DNA of 64,000 bases from contig SMSO01000025.1 of NCBI GenBank assembly GCA_004764695.1, forward strand, positions 5,186,862 to 5,250,861. Direction: 5' to 3'. The DNA comes from Schizochytrium sp. TIO01. Taxonomy: Eukaryota > Protista > Bigyra: Labyrinthulomycetes. A program made the translations under genes and the position numbers. The notes under the pieces are model-generated. The model made no database searches. It saw nothing but the letters and a program-made list of their open reading frames with translations, and had not been told where the DNA came from. Positions 46,373-58,152 of this stretch are shown one piece after another. The stretch's first letter is position 1. Each line of letters opens with the position of its first letter.

Positions 46373-48769
46373 ATGTTGCAATGGATCTCTGGAAAGTTCT
46401 CAGATGTCCTACTTCAACCAAAGAGACGCTCCAGCGGGTCGAAGATTGGTCCAGATAACCATGAAGATGCTGCTCTTGTCATCCTTCGCGAGGTAGAAGA
46501 ACAAGGCGCTGATTACGGTGTTGTCTTAGATGGAGGTGACATAGTGAAGCAAAAAATCTCGGTGCACTACGTGGTGAACAACGTCTATTACTCTGCACCA
46601 GTTCGGGTCAGCAAGATCACAAACAAGGCAAAGCATGAGAGCTACATTTGGATTGAACTCGACGAGCGCGCAATAGATGTACAAGCACAGAGTGGAGGCC
46701 TCGTCGCAGATACAGATTGGGAAAAACATAAACGCTCCTTTCCTCCAGGTGTATCAGTAGATAAAGTTGGCAATGTCTATATCGGAGAAAGTGGCGAGAA
46801 AATATCTGGAGATGATGTCTGGGCTAGCTTTGAAGCTCCAAAACGACCTAAGAAGCCCCCAAAAGCACAGATTGAGGGTTCAGATGCACTACTTGTTAAA
46901 TTTGCTTTAGTTATTGGCCTTGTTACGCACTATGAAGTGCAATATATGGTTGTCGATTCCGAAAATCTTGCACTTGACCCGCGGCTCCGAACAGCGCGGT
47001 CGTGGGAGTCCCTAGGCCATGTTTCGGCCAAGATGCGGGAAATTGAAGTTAATAATATTCAGTGTGGGGTCCAGTATGTTTTTCGTGTACGCGCCCATAA
47101 TAGCTTAGGCTGGGGCCCTTTCTCAGTAGCAAGTGAACCTATCAATACGTTGCCAGAAGCCCCTTCGCAACCACAGCCTCCATTTATCCAGCAACCAGCT
47201 GGATTACGCGATGATAAGCTTGTTCTAGAGTGGAGATGCCCAAAGTCTAATGGAAGCGAAATCCTGTCATTCAAAGTTATGGGTGGGGCTGTACAGGAAG
47301 AAGCTGTAAACGAAGTTTTTGATGGGCAGGCTCTATACGTTCGTCTTCTGAACTTAAAGCCATCTACAGCATATCATTACAAAGTGCAAGCTTTCAACCA
47401 AATTGGGAACAGTCCATGGAGTGAATATATGACTATTCGCACGCACCCTGCGAAGAAAGCTGAATCCAAGGAAGGTCATTATATTTCAGACTGGGTTGAA
47501 GTACTCTCGTGGGGATCTGAGGGTGCTTTGTCTTATCTGAATATTGATTCAGGGGCAGAAACAAACGATCGCCCAGCAGCAATTGATGGGCCCATTGACC
47601 CTCTCGTAGAGTTTAAGAAAAAGAGGTTTCGGTTCAATGCTGAGCTTCTGAGGAACATTCCTAAGGGGCCTCGCAATGTATGGCGACTCAACATTGATCG
47701 AGCAAATTCTCTCGTTGACTCTATGCAAAAAGTTAACGCAGTCACAGATCATGAAATGCTTCGCAAGCGCATAAAAGTGGAGTACAACGGGGAGGAAGGA
47801 ATTGATGCTGGCGGTATTGCAAAGGAATGGTTTTTACAATTGTCACATTCGCTATTTGCAGATGAAACAGGTCTTTTTAAACGGAGTGAAAGTGAAGCAG
47901 GAGGTGTCGACATCTGCCTAGCTCCAGCCGGACCGCCAGATGCCGATGGAACCTTGGATGATTGGTTTTTCTTTGCTGGTCGGCTCTTGGGCAAAGCGAT
48001 TCTTGACCGCCAGCTTGTGGATATTAAGTTTAGTCAGACATTGTTCAAGCAGATATTTGGCCTGCATGTTGATATAGATGATCTACGTGAAGTTGATCCA
48101 ACTTTAGTGAAGAGCATGCTTTGGATGTTGGACAATGACATCGACGGGATTATTTTTGAAGAGTTTTGTGTGACTGTTGATCCACCAGCACATGCACCTA
48201 ACCAGGAACAGGTTATTGTGGATTTAATCCCTGGCGGTCGTAACATTGAAGTGACGAATGAAAATAAGGAAGACTATGTTGAAAAACTTCTCAAGTGGCG
48301 TGCAGTAGATTCATGTAAACCATATGTTGATGCAATGAGACGAGGGCTTTTTGAAATTGTGCCCGAAGAGTTGCTTGGTAAAGCCCAATTCGAGTTGGGT
48401 GAACTCGAGATGTTATGGAGTGGAATGCCTGTCATTGATATTCAAGAGATTCGTAATCAATGCATTTTTCAAGGCGGATTTGATGCAAACTCTCCTGCAG
48501 TCCATTGGTTTTGGAGTTTGTTCAAGGAAATTAATTCTGATGACCAGGCTTTGCTGCTTAGATTTATTACAGGCACTTCAAAGGTGCCCTTTGACGGCTT
48601 CTCTCCGCCGTTTAACTTGACGTTGAACAAAGATCTCGAGACTCATGCACTATGCAAAGCCCATGCTTGTTTTAATCAAATTGTGTTGCCTGACTATGCT
48701 ACTGAAGCCATATTGCGCGAAAAGGTCCTTTTTGCCATTCGTAATACCGAAGGATTTTTACTGGGCTAG
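46373..48769 (+). CDS. HECT E3 ubiquitin ligase with two FN3 domains and a degenerate WW-like domain
   Basis: FN3: YVFRVRAHNSLGWGPFS and YHYKVQAFNQIGNSPWS. HECT: GEEGIDAGGIAKEWF, LLRFITGTSKVP and AHACFNQIVLPDY (catalytic Cys). Upstream exons cannot be excluded. Confidence 0.95.
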   Translation: MLQWISGKFSDVLLQPKRRSSGSKIGPDNHEDAALVILREVEEQGADYGVVLDGGDIVKQKISVHYVVNNVYYSAPVRVSKITNKAKHESYIWIELDERAIDVQAQSGGLVADTDWEKHKRSFPPGVSVDKVGNVYIGESGEKISGDDVWASFEAPKRPKKPPKAQIEGSDALLVKFALVIGLVTHYEVQYMVVDSENLALDPRLRTARSWESLGHVSAKMREIEVNNIQCGVQYVFRVRAHNSLGWGPFSVASEPINTLPEAPSQPQPPFIQQPAGLRDDKLVLEWRCPKSNGSEILSFKVMGGAVQEEAVNEVFDGQALYVRLLNLKPSTAYHYKVQAFNQIGNSPWSEYMTIRTHPAKKAESKEGHYISDWVEVLSWGSEGALSYLNIDSGAETNDRPAAIDGPIDPLVEFKKKRFRFNAELLRNIPKGPRNVWRLNIDRANSLVDSMQKVNAVTDHEMLRKRIKVEYNGEEGIDAGGIAKEWFLQLSHSLFADETGLFKRSESEAGGVDICLAPAGPPDADGTLDDWFFFAGRLLGKAILDRQLVDIKFSQTLFKQIFGLHVDIDDLREVDPTLVKSMLWMLDNDIDGIIFEEFCVTVDPPAHAPNQEQVIVDLIPGGRNIEVTNENKEDYVEKLLKWRAVDSCKPYVDAMRRGLFEIVPEELLGKAQFELGELEMLWSGMPVIDIQEIRNQCIFQGGFDANSPAVHWFWSLFKEINSDDQALLLRFITGTSKVPFDGFSPPFNLTLNKDLETHALCKAHACFNQIVLPDYATEAILREKVLFAIRNTEGFLLG

Positions 48770-49396
48770 CCCGGATTTTCCATGGGGTGGTGTGAAAACA
48801 CAGATGAGAAAAACAGATTGAAAACTTTGTAAAAAAGGAATTAAGAAAATAGAATTTTGTAGAATGGTAATTGGATGAATAATTTATGGATAGAAATAAC
48901 GAATGAACTCGTGTGTGCACGTGTGCAGGAAATCTTGGTTCTTTAGGGAAGTAACGAATGAAACTAATCATAAACAATAAAACAGTTATTTGCGTCACTG
49001 TCAAATGCTCACGATGATAATTGTTTTGTTTTGATCTTGTTTCTTAATGTATCTTCTGATTATAGGTCATGATAATCCTAATCATCATACAACAATCTAG
49101 TGATGGGAGCTTGGCACTAGCTTGTAAACACCGACAAATATAAGCTGAGATACAGCCAGCATCGAACTCTGGTGTTGAAAACGAAGAGCTGACGTAAAAA
49201 CCATGTAGGGAGAAAAAATGCGGGGCGACAACTTAACAAAGAGCGAGGTTCTGATTCGTTGGGTTATACACGTGGTGACACGCTTATACACGTGGCGACA
49301 AACTTCGTGTTCAGCCTACAAATACAGCAGGCTCTAGGTAACATTAGAGAGACAGTATCTCCGTATTGCACAGTAATATCTTGGAACTCCAGAAAC

Positions 49397-51979
49397 CTAT
49401 GAACTCGAATTAGTTTGCGACCCTGAAGATGACCTGGTCCGGTTGCGGGTTGTGGGACTTTGACCAAGGCTAGAAGTGGGTTGGGCTTGTTGCTGTGGTC
49501 TTGAAGGCTGAGTCACAGGGCTACCAGTGGCCATGCCCCATAGACGATGCATTTGCGTTGAAGCAAAATTTGCAACGTTAGCTGCAGTACTGCGATGTAC
49601 ATTCCCGTTTATGTTAGTACTGTCCTGTGGATGCTGACCATTCTGTGCCTCCACATCCTGAGCTTCCGGTGTTTCACTCATTGGTGTCTGTGTGAATGCA
49701 GCTGGCCAAGGGCTCCCGTGCTCAGCACGGCGGGCTTCCTCTTCCTCGATAGTACGCAATGTGATGATATGGCGTTTGCAAAGAGGACAATCCCCCCGTT
49801 TCATAAGCCATGGCTCAATACAGTCGGCATGAAAAAAATGGTTACATGGGAGTTGTTTGATAGGTTCGTCCTGTTCAAACTCCAAAAGGCAGATTGCACA
49901 GAGTTCACCTTCATCACCCATGAGATCAAAATGCTGAGCAGCTGCAGAATGAGTGTTAATACCAGAACGGTTGCCACGTCCGGACATATTACTCTGACGA
50001 GATCCTTCGCTCATCTTTGATGCCTCACTCAAACGAGAAGCAACACTTAGCAAAGATGGAACACGGTCATGCGTATGTTGGGAACTTATACTCTCTGCTT
50101 CAGAAGTTTGAGATGTTGTACGTGACATTTGATGGCGATTAGCATCACCTTGTTGAGATGTCGTACGCGACATTTGATGGCGATTAGCATCACCTTGTTG
50201 ACTATGTGTATCTCTCTCAACTGCGTTCTCCAATGCAGAGCTCATAGAGTTCTCAGGAACGGGGGTGCTAGGAATCTCTGTGAGCTCCACCGTCCTTGCT
50301 GAGGGCTTCTTTTGGATCTCAGACCCAGGGATATCGACAAAGGTTTCGTTGCCCTCTTCATCAACTTCTCGCCGCACACGTACATAATGTCCGTCCCTAT
50401 CAAAGCGAATCCATGGTAGCGCGTCCACAACCTCCTTCGTTACACCATAGTTTACCTTCGGAGCGGACTGAAAATCGCCTCCCGAGAAACGGCGGCGGCC
50501 CCACCTCGATCGATGGATCACACCAACAGCACAAACCGCTACAATAGCTACAATGATTAGAGAGAATTGCAGTGCAAAGTACGGATTGGCAGTATCAGAG
50601 TCTGTACCCCAACCTTCAAGCTCGTAACCATTCTTGAGATAGTAGGACCCATCGCTTAAGACAGCTGCCATGTTTAGAACCCAGACTTCATTCTGAAAAA
50701 CTCCATTATCATCTGTAAACTGAGCAAGGTTAACCAGCCAAGAGCCGCGTTGCACACCACTCACAGTATCTGACGAACCAGGGTGCCCGGTAGAAAGGCC
50801 GCACCACGCCACAGTTTCTCCACTGGAGGTCTTACAAGAGATGGTCTCATCTTCGAAGTCCACATTCGTGATGGCCACAAATGTGTTACTCTTCAATAGC
50901 GTGCCACTGTTGGAGCGTACAAAACGCAGACCGCCAAAAATAAATATAGTGTTATCGATCGCGCCCATGATGTGGTGTAGCCTGTAGAGGACTTCCCCTT
51001 GTGTGACTTGCCGCAAAGAGGAGGCAAGCAAGTCATCAGAACTAGTTGCCTCGAGAAGGTAGTTCGTCTTGTAGCCGACCAAATCGGCCTGTGCGAGATT
51101 GCGGCTATTTCCAGCGCTGTCTGTATAACGACCCTGGCCAGCGTGCACTAAAAGTCTCTCACCATCATCGACCCAGGTGGCGCCATAGTAGAAACGATTT
51201 GAGCTGCTGTCTACGACTTTTGTCCATGTGCCACGAGGCGTGTTGGAAGGTGCATCAAGATCAAGCGTAAAGCGATAAACATCACTCGCAGGATATGAGG
51301 ATAGATCATCATCTTCAAGAGCCTGCTGACCACTGACGACAATGAAGGAGTTATTCTTAGCTAAGGCTGTAGAACCGAAGCGCCCAAGCAATGGATTGCT
51401 CACTTCGACTTCCGTAGCATTGACATTGACGAAAACCCCAGCCTCGAAATCGAAGAGATCAATAGCCCACACGCTTTCGTCAGACGTTACATAATTGAAC
51501 GGACTCTGAAGGTTATCAATATGCGTGAATGAGCCTCCCCAGAGTAGAAAGCGGCATGACCCTGAACTCGCAACAGGCTGCTCAACACTCACCACATTTG
51601 GTGCATACCTGGGAATGATGTCATCCTGCAACACAAAGGTTGTGAACGACTGAGTGTTAAAATCATAGATCGCATAGTCGTTCACCATCTCACCCTCATT
51701 CTCGTCCCATCCGTACGCCACGAGCATGACATCCAGGGCCTCACAATACGCTGTGCCTGGGAGTTCTCGTGCTGTTAGAGCATCGCCATTCATCTCAAAT
51801 TTTTTCCAGAACGTCTGTGCTGTCGTAGGCCTTATCATGAGTGAGATCAAGGTCGCCACAATCGCGCAAGAGTTTGCAAATGCGCCCCAAATTCCATGGC
51901 CATATCGAGCATTTCGAAGTCTTTTGGGAGCTGTTGCCGAAGACCCCAACGCGGCTACCATGATGCCAATGGCGGCCAT
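49397..51979 (-). CDS. Type I membrane RING-H2 E3 ligase with a Kelch-like ectodomain (ORF open to the ATG at 52219)
   Basis: Signal-like AIVATLISLMIRPTTA; Kelch-like FLLWGG/IFIFGG/LLVHAG and NEVWVL; TM FALQFSLIIVAIVAVCAVGVI; GVTKEVVDALP; RING-H2 CAICLLEF...PCNHFFHADCIEPWL...CPLC. Confidence 0.88.
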   Translation of the reverse strand: MAAIGIMVAALGSSATAPKRLRNARYGHGIWGAFANSCAIVATLISLMIRPTTAQTFWKKFEMNGDALTARELPGTAYCEALDVMLVAYGWDENEGEMVNDYAIYDFNTQSFTTFVLQDDIIPRYAPNVVSVEQPVASSGSCRFLLWGGSFTHIDNLQSPFNYVTSDESVWAIDLFDFEAGVFVNVNATEVEVSNPLLGRFGSTALAKNNSFIVVSGQQALEDDDLSSYPASDVYRFTLDLDAPSNTPRGTWTKVVDSSSNRFYYGATWVDDGERLLVHAGQGRYTDSAGNSRNLAQADLVGYKTNYLLEATSSDDLLASSLRQVTQGEVLYRLHHIMGAIDNTIFIFGGLRFVRSNSGTLLKSNTFVAITNVDFEDETISCKTSSGETVAWCGLSTGHPGSSDTVSGVQRGSWLVNLAQFTDDNGVFQNEVWVLNMAAVLSDGSYYLKNGYELEGWGTDSDTANPYFALQFSLIIVAIVAVCAVGVIHRSRWGRRRFSGGDFQSAPKVNYGVTKEVVDALPWIRFDRDGHYVRVRREVDEEGNETFVDIPGSEIQKKPSARTVELTEIPSTPVPENSMSSALENAVERDTHSQQGDANRHQMSRTTSQQGDANRHQMSRTTSQTSEAESISSQHTHDRVPSLLSVASRLSEASKMSEGSRQSNMSGRGNRSGINTHSAAAQHFDLMGDEGELCAICLLEFEQDEPIKQLPCNHFFHADCIEPWLMKRGDCPLCKRHIITLRTIEEEEARRAEHGSPWPAAFTQTPMSETPEAQDVEAQNGQHPQDSTNINGNVHRSTAANVANFASTQMHRLWGMATGSPVTQPSRPQQQAQPTSSLGQSPTTRNRTRSSSGSQTNSSS
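50108..50201. repeat. In-frame 45-bp tandem duplication (SQQGDANRHQMSRTT x2) in the RING ligase cytoplasmic tail
   Basis: Units start at 50108 and 50153 and differ at two synonymous positions. Confidence 0.95.
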
Positions 51980-53479
51980 CCGCGAGTTCAGTACTTGCGA
52001 GGTCCCGAACGCGGAGCCAATAAGTTTGAGACAAGAGAGAGGCCGCACCTGCGGACTCCCCGGTCTCCTCGAGCGCCGCGTGGGAGCGACGCTACGAGTG
52101 AGCGAGCGAGAGGTCAGTCTCTCTGCAAAGAGGCAATGTTGCCAACTTTCTTTCTCTTGTTTTCTTCTTCTTCTTCTTCTTCTTCTTTCTTTTCTTCCCT
52201 CAAAGTTTTCATCCCCCATGGAAACAATAGTAGTAACATGTAAATCGGAAACTAAAACTTTTCAGCAGGTACTAGGTACTACTATTGCTATACCTAATAA
52301 ACCAAACAAAAAGTCTTGGTTTTCCTTTCTTCCTCCTTTTTATAGGAGTATCTTCTAAGAGTTTCCTTTTCCTTTTTAAAATTGTTATTTTAATATAGAA
52401 AAAAAAAGAAAAAAAGAAAAGAAAAGAAAAAAAAAAAGGGCTTTATAAGTTGTTCTCTCGCAATGGATGCTGTTTGCAGTCTCAATTGTTGATGATGATG
52501 ATCGTGGTTTGCTGATGCAACTGAAGTTCAACTCTGAGGAGATTCATTGAGTTAAGGCCCTTGCATCCCTGCGCTCTAGAAAAAGGTTATCCCGGTGCTT
52601 CATTCGGTGCTAAGAGCTAGGAGATGAGGTCGAGGTCTTCAACTCAAGTTGGTCAGTCTGCTTGTTCTTCACCTTAAGTTTGAGGCTACGTGCGATGAAT
52701 TGCAAACGTGAAGATCAAAGAGCATTCGGGACCCAGTGACAACTTGACATGCAGTAGGAGTGCAATAGCCGCGACAGAGTCCGTCCTCTCATCAACTCAC
52801 TAACTCAAGAGATCGCGGCATTTCTGAAGAGCAGTCGCAGCTTAAAGGAGGCGGGTTCACCACACAAAAGCTGCTACTTCGAGTTCACTGACAATATAGG
52901 CATCATGCATTGGCGATTGCTATCATGGTGGCTTCTTCTTATTAGAACTTGCGCTAGAGGCACAAGGTCTGCTTCGTGGGCTGTTGGCGGGAGTATTCCC
53001 TCTTCTCTTCCCGTTCACACTTGCTTTACGACGGAGTGGCAACCCGGCTTTTTAGAGAAACCTGCGATTTAGTTGGCGATAACCCGAAACATTCTTTCAA
53101 CTTTCAACAATCAATCGCTTCTCATCGCCAGCAGAAATGAAGATAAAGACTGCGAGCAGAGGTTGTACCCACTGGACTGGCACCTTCTGCGATAGTGGCC
53201 GGCCTTCCATATGTAATTAGAACTAACAGTGGACCACCATTGAAAGATGTGCGCCCAAAGACGGCCTCTCCATGAAAAAGAAGCGATTCTGCGATGGTAT
53301 TATTGTTATATTCTACGACACTCTTTTTCCGCTTTGTTTATTTACTTATTCCAATATAAAGTATAATACCACCTATATTTATATGAATTAAAAATAGAAA
53401 ATATAGATTTAATTTATTTAATTTAAAAAAAAAAAAAAAAACTGAAAAAAAACTCTGTCTTTACATCAAAGCACAATCA

Positions 53480-54600
53480 GCCTACGAAGCAGCGACCAAA
53501 TAGCTTTCAAGGCATCAGGGAAAGACTCGAGCTAAAGGTGCAAGGCGCATTCTCACGCTCGAGTTTAGCCTGCCGTGTTGTATCAACGGCAGTCTTGGAG
53601 GCAACCGGACCTCGCGTGTTCCAGACTCCGAGCATCTCGGGAATATAGGGCATCGCGGAGCCCCCTAAGAGGGCGCAGTTCTTCCAGTGGGAGAGGAGTA
53701 TTGAAGAGGGCGAAAGCACGTGCGAGACGGAAGAAGACTTCGAAGATGAACGAATCACTAACTCGCAGGTAGTTACTGCTAATACTTGCAAGGAAGTGAG
53801 TGCCATAATCATGAAGGTGGATGAATGTATTTCCAGGCGTGCTCACCAGGGACAGCGCTGTCAGCAGCAGCTTAGCCATTGATGGTATCACAACTCCCAA
53901 CGAGGAGTGCACGGCCGTCGAGACACAGGTTATGTGGTCTGGCATCCGTGGCTTCAGAACGAATGAATACCCCGTCTAAAGAAATATAATAAATAACTAA
54001 CTTGAAATAAAAACAAACTTAAAAGTTTAGATTTTTTATAAACTGAAAGTAACAATAAGTATAGGATTAAAAAAAGTGCTCCTCTTTTAAAGTACTTGGC
54101 CAGTAGGCATGATTATTAACTGATACTGGGGCAGTTCACGAAGATGGACCTTGAAAACCAGAGAGCTTGATAACAGAGTGCAGAGCACAAGCAGCACGAC
54201 GAAGGGAGGTTCAAAGATAGATCTGGCAATCAGAGCAATCAATCAGAGCACCATGCCAGCGCTGATTTCAGCTAATTTCGCATACAGGAAGCGAGCATGG
54301 GATTCAGTTGGATGCAGCTTTGCTGAGGAAGGCGAGTCCGGCTACGAACTCTGAAATGTGCTCCAAAACTACGAAAGGGCGGTGCCGCGTCACAGTGGCC
54401 ATGCTACAAGTTGTCTTGTATATGTGTTGTGATGTCTGATCTATGCTGCGATTACGATGGCGGTGAAAGATCCAGGGCGAGGAATCGAGGCGGAATTGAG
54501 ACGCTCTTGAAGTTAGACGAAAGTTGCCCAAGTTGGCAGTGACCCGAGATCTCTATTTCTCGGGCTCGAGAGGCTCTGTAATAGAGCGTTGATGTCGCTT
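53480..54600 (-). mobile_element. Decayed 3' fragment of a non-LTR retrotransposon (CRE/RLE-type), interrupted by an AT-rich tract at ~53980-54110
   Basis: Ordered degenerate motifs on the minus strand: QLVAWPL*RG...VAGLAFLS, STAVHSSLGVVIP, DYGTHFLAS, EVFFRLARA, RDAL/YIP and AVDTTRQAKLER. These parallel LPxxxGGLG...AFLAS, RLGxxxP, DxxGxHxLxC, RHN..., RPADxYIP and Axx(x)KxxKY. Confidence 0.45.
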
Positions 54601-57600
54601 CGTGCCGCGAACTTTATTATCTAAAAAGTGCTGCCTACCCAGTAGTACTACCTAGGCAAATAGGTACCTGGTCAGTCACTCTAATTCGACTACTTCGTGC
54701 AAGCCTCCAAAATGACGAGACTCGGGAAGGAAGATCAATGTGCTAGAAAAAGCAAACGAATTCTGAAAATTTTCTCTTGCGACTGAAGTTACTTTTTGTG
54801 AGTTTTGGTTGTTGCAGTGAGTGAATTATGACGCAGGTACGTTCCAATCAAGACTTTAATATTGTTTTCATGTGACTGAAGACGCAGAGGTTCGAAACGA
54901 TGCTCATAAGAGCCAAACTGGAGCACCCTGTTGTATTCTCACTCAGGATGACCAAGCGAAGCGCGGGTTTCTGGGAACTATGCTCCTGAGGCCAGGGTGA
55001 TGCAGAAAAAGGAAGAATATAGATCATTTTTTGGTTGATTGAAAGTTAGTATCATGTCTTGTTTTTTTTAATTAATACTCTTTCTTAATTGAAAAATAAG
55101 AATAATAGTGTTAATGAAAATTTATTCGAAAAAATCGATGACAGGCCGCTCTAGCTAGCACTAGGATCTTTCTAAAACTACTCTTGCTGCGGATTTACCG
55201 TGTAAATAATACAACGTAGAAGCTTGGAGGCCAGCATCAACTTCGTCGCGCATCGAAAGAAATTTAAAGGTGAAGACTGTGTATTGACTCGAAATGCAAA
55301 ATAGTTTGCCACCGGGTATCATCATTAAATTAGCTTAGCCATATTTCACACGCCAGCCTCAAACAAAAATATGGTTTTCAAGAGAGATTTCTCATTTCTC
55401 AAGGCAAATTACTCGCTCGCGGTTTAATCAGGTTAGTTGTGAAAACTGTTGAATAGCAGGTTCTTCGTGGAACAGCGTCGCCATATTCTTTCGCTTCCTG
55501 GCCTGCTGGGATAGTGTCTTCAACATCTGTTACTGATACCAACCTACCAACCTACCTACCTACCTACCTAGAAATTGATTAATGCATTGCAAAGTTGCAT
55601 GTGGTTCTCTTCTAGATGGGGCGCAATCTGAATAGGACAAAACATCAAAGAACTCGTAGTAGAGCTTTGTTTGGACTTTGAAACCCTTCCATGAAGCAGG
55701 TTTCGTAGAACCCTGCTTAACTATCCAACCAGAGCCAGAATATGAGTAGGTGTAAAAGTAAGGCTCTCGGAACAAATCTTTGACTTGAATATTCAGGGGT
55801 ATACAAGAAATAACAAGGGTCAGTCGGAACTTACGAGTCAAAATTATTGCAAAGTTGTAGCCTATTTGGATTTACAAATTGATATCGTTCATAGAACTCA
55901 CAATAAACCAAGGCGTAAAGTCAATTTATATTACGCCCTGATAAGCAGTATTAATCATTCGGAGTTCCATAGTTACCGATCTGTTTCTAACGAACGACTA
56001 AAAAAAAAAAAAAAAAAAGCAAAGAAGGGACCCTGGTACACAGATATGCTTTTATTTTTAAATTTATTTTTTAACCCTCACACTCCCGCACGAGTTGCTT
56101 CTACGCCCATAAAAATCAACTTGGCTACTACTACTATTACTGCCTCGATTCATTTACATACATGAAGGCGAAAGGTGCGAGAAAGCTACTCTCGAAACCT
56201 TCTTGGGCCAAACATCGGTGGACCCGTTAGGTTCTTCAGGTGTGCCCAGCGTAGCCTGGTACATGCAAAGGCATCTAATTCAGCAGAGGCTCCTATGGTA
56301 GACCGTAACTGGATACTATTGAGAGTCATTGAAAATAAAAGAAAAAACTATAAACTAAGTGACCGGTAAAGCGCTTGGCCAAACACATGTATATCGACGG
56401 TAAACTCGAGGAGTAATTGCCATTTAAACTCCATGAAAACATTGATGGCAAGTGGGCAAAAGGATTTAGCAGGGAAGTCTGGCTGCCACCTCCTAATTAC
56501 GCTGTGAGATATCAAAATGGAAATTTTTGAAGACATACTTTAAGGTGAATGCCACCCGCTGAGAGAACACTTTGCGCAGATGCCGTTTTAGTTAGAAGTG
56601 CCCAGTACCCGTGCCGATGCAAGATGAAGCCAGACGAGAGATGCCTTGGATATATCAAGAAAAGAACAAACAGAGCTGCAGCAGAAGCAAAGAAGCCTAG
56701 GACTCGGGGCGTGCACTCCGAAATGGTGCCAGGAAAGACGAGCATAACAGGGCTGCTATTGCGCATTCTTCGTTAAAAGAAAGAAAGAAATTGAGAATGA
56801 CGGTGTTTAATCCATTTTTATTTTTATTAAAAACACTAAATTATAAAAACATTGTCAATTAATTTTTAAAATTTAAACAAAAGTTCTGAGGTAGATCATT
56901 CATAGGACCGCGTGCCATTTGGTGAGAAGTTGTTGGGTCAAAACCCTAGGTGCTGATAACATTGACTGTATGGTTCGAAGTCTGCAATACAACCCCTCGT
57001 ATATGCTAAATCGAAATTGAAGGGGGTCACAAGCACGGAGGCTTGCTTTGGTCTATTACTTATTCAAGAATGATGGAAATCAATAGGTAGGGCCGGCTCC
57101 CTCACTTGTTGTACCTCCACATGTTTTGCTCAAATAGGAATATCAAAGTCAGGGCTAGTGCATTTGACTTCTCGTGGATTTTGGAATTGGAGAAGAAAGG
57201 TAAATATGTATACTCACCTCAGCTTTTGCCAAGATTCAAATGCGTATATAACACAGCAAACTGATATTAGGATAATCAAGAATTTTGTTAAGATTTATAC
57301 TTTTAAACAATCTTGAAATCAGCAAAGACTTATACAGATTACATACTGCAAACTTTATCAAAAATGAGTTAGAGGCGCCGGACTGTATCGTATTTTCCAG
57401 CTATATGCCTCCCTAACCTTTTGGCACAAGTCCTTCTGGGACACTAGCCCCATTTCATTTACTCCGTCTACGCAAAAGTGGGCCCTGTTGAACAGTAAAG
57501 ACCAGGAAAACAAGAAATCCACACTGTCTCCTCACGCTTAAGCTATATTTTTGAAATCTGCGATAGAATATAAACAGGGTATCATAATGAGTGCAACCAA

Positions 57601-58152
57601 GTCTCGGATCCCATCTTCCAGTTCTACTATTGAGCTGCGTCCAGAACTCTTTTTTCTTCGATGATTGTTGCATTGTTCACTCTTGCAACCGCCCTTACCT
57701 CGAGGACAACTAGTTTAATAAGATTTGAAGGCAATATAAATTAGAAAGTTAATTTTAGAAACACCAAGTCACAACAATTGCATGTCAAAACGAAGAGTTT
57801 TTTCAGAATCTTAGCGACTCTTAGCAGTCAAACTACGAAACAGTGGGCACAGGAACAATAAGCAATTGATCACAAACGATACTGATTTACAAGGCATGTT
57901 TGAAATTGTATTGTATTTCATGATCGATACAAGGAGCCCCATTCCTGAGTTCCTCTCTGTGGAGAAAAGAAGGTGTGTACCTCTAGCACTGAAAGTTCGC
58001 GAGTACCATGGTACACACCTAACACTACTCAGACGAAACATTGAAGACCAGAGGCTTTTCTCAAATGGAGGTCTGAGAGAGCCACCTAACTGGGCGTGGA
58101 GCTCCATTTGGTGGGTACACGTGCAGTGCATTAAAAGTCTAACCCCCTGAAG

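Noticed and set aside
51980-52219. Poly-Arg N-terminal extension of the RING ligase ORF
   Set aside because: Encoded partly by a (GAA)n repeat and placed before the signal-like segment; probably 5' UTR.
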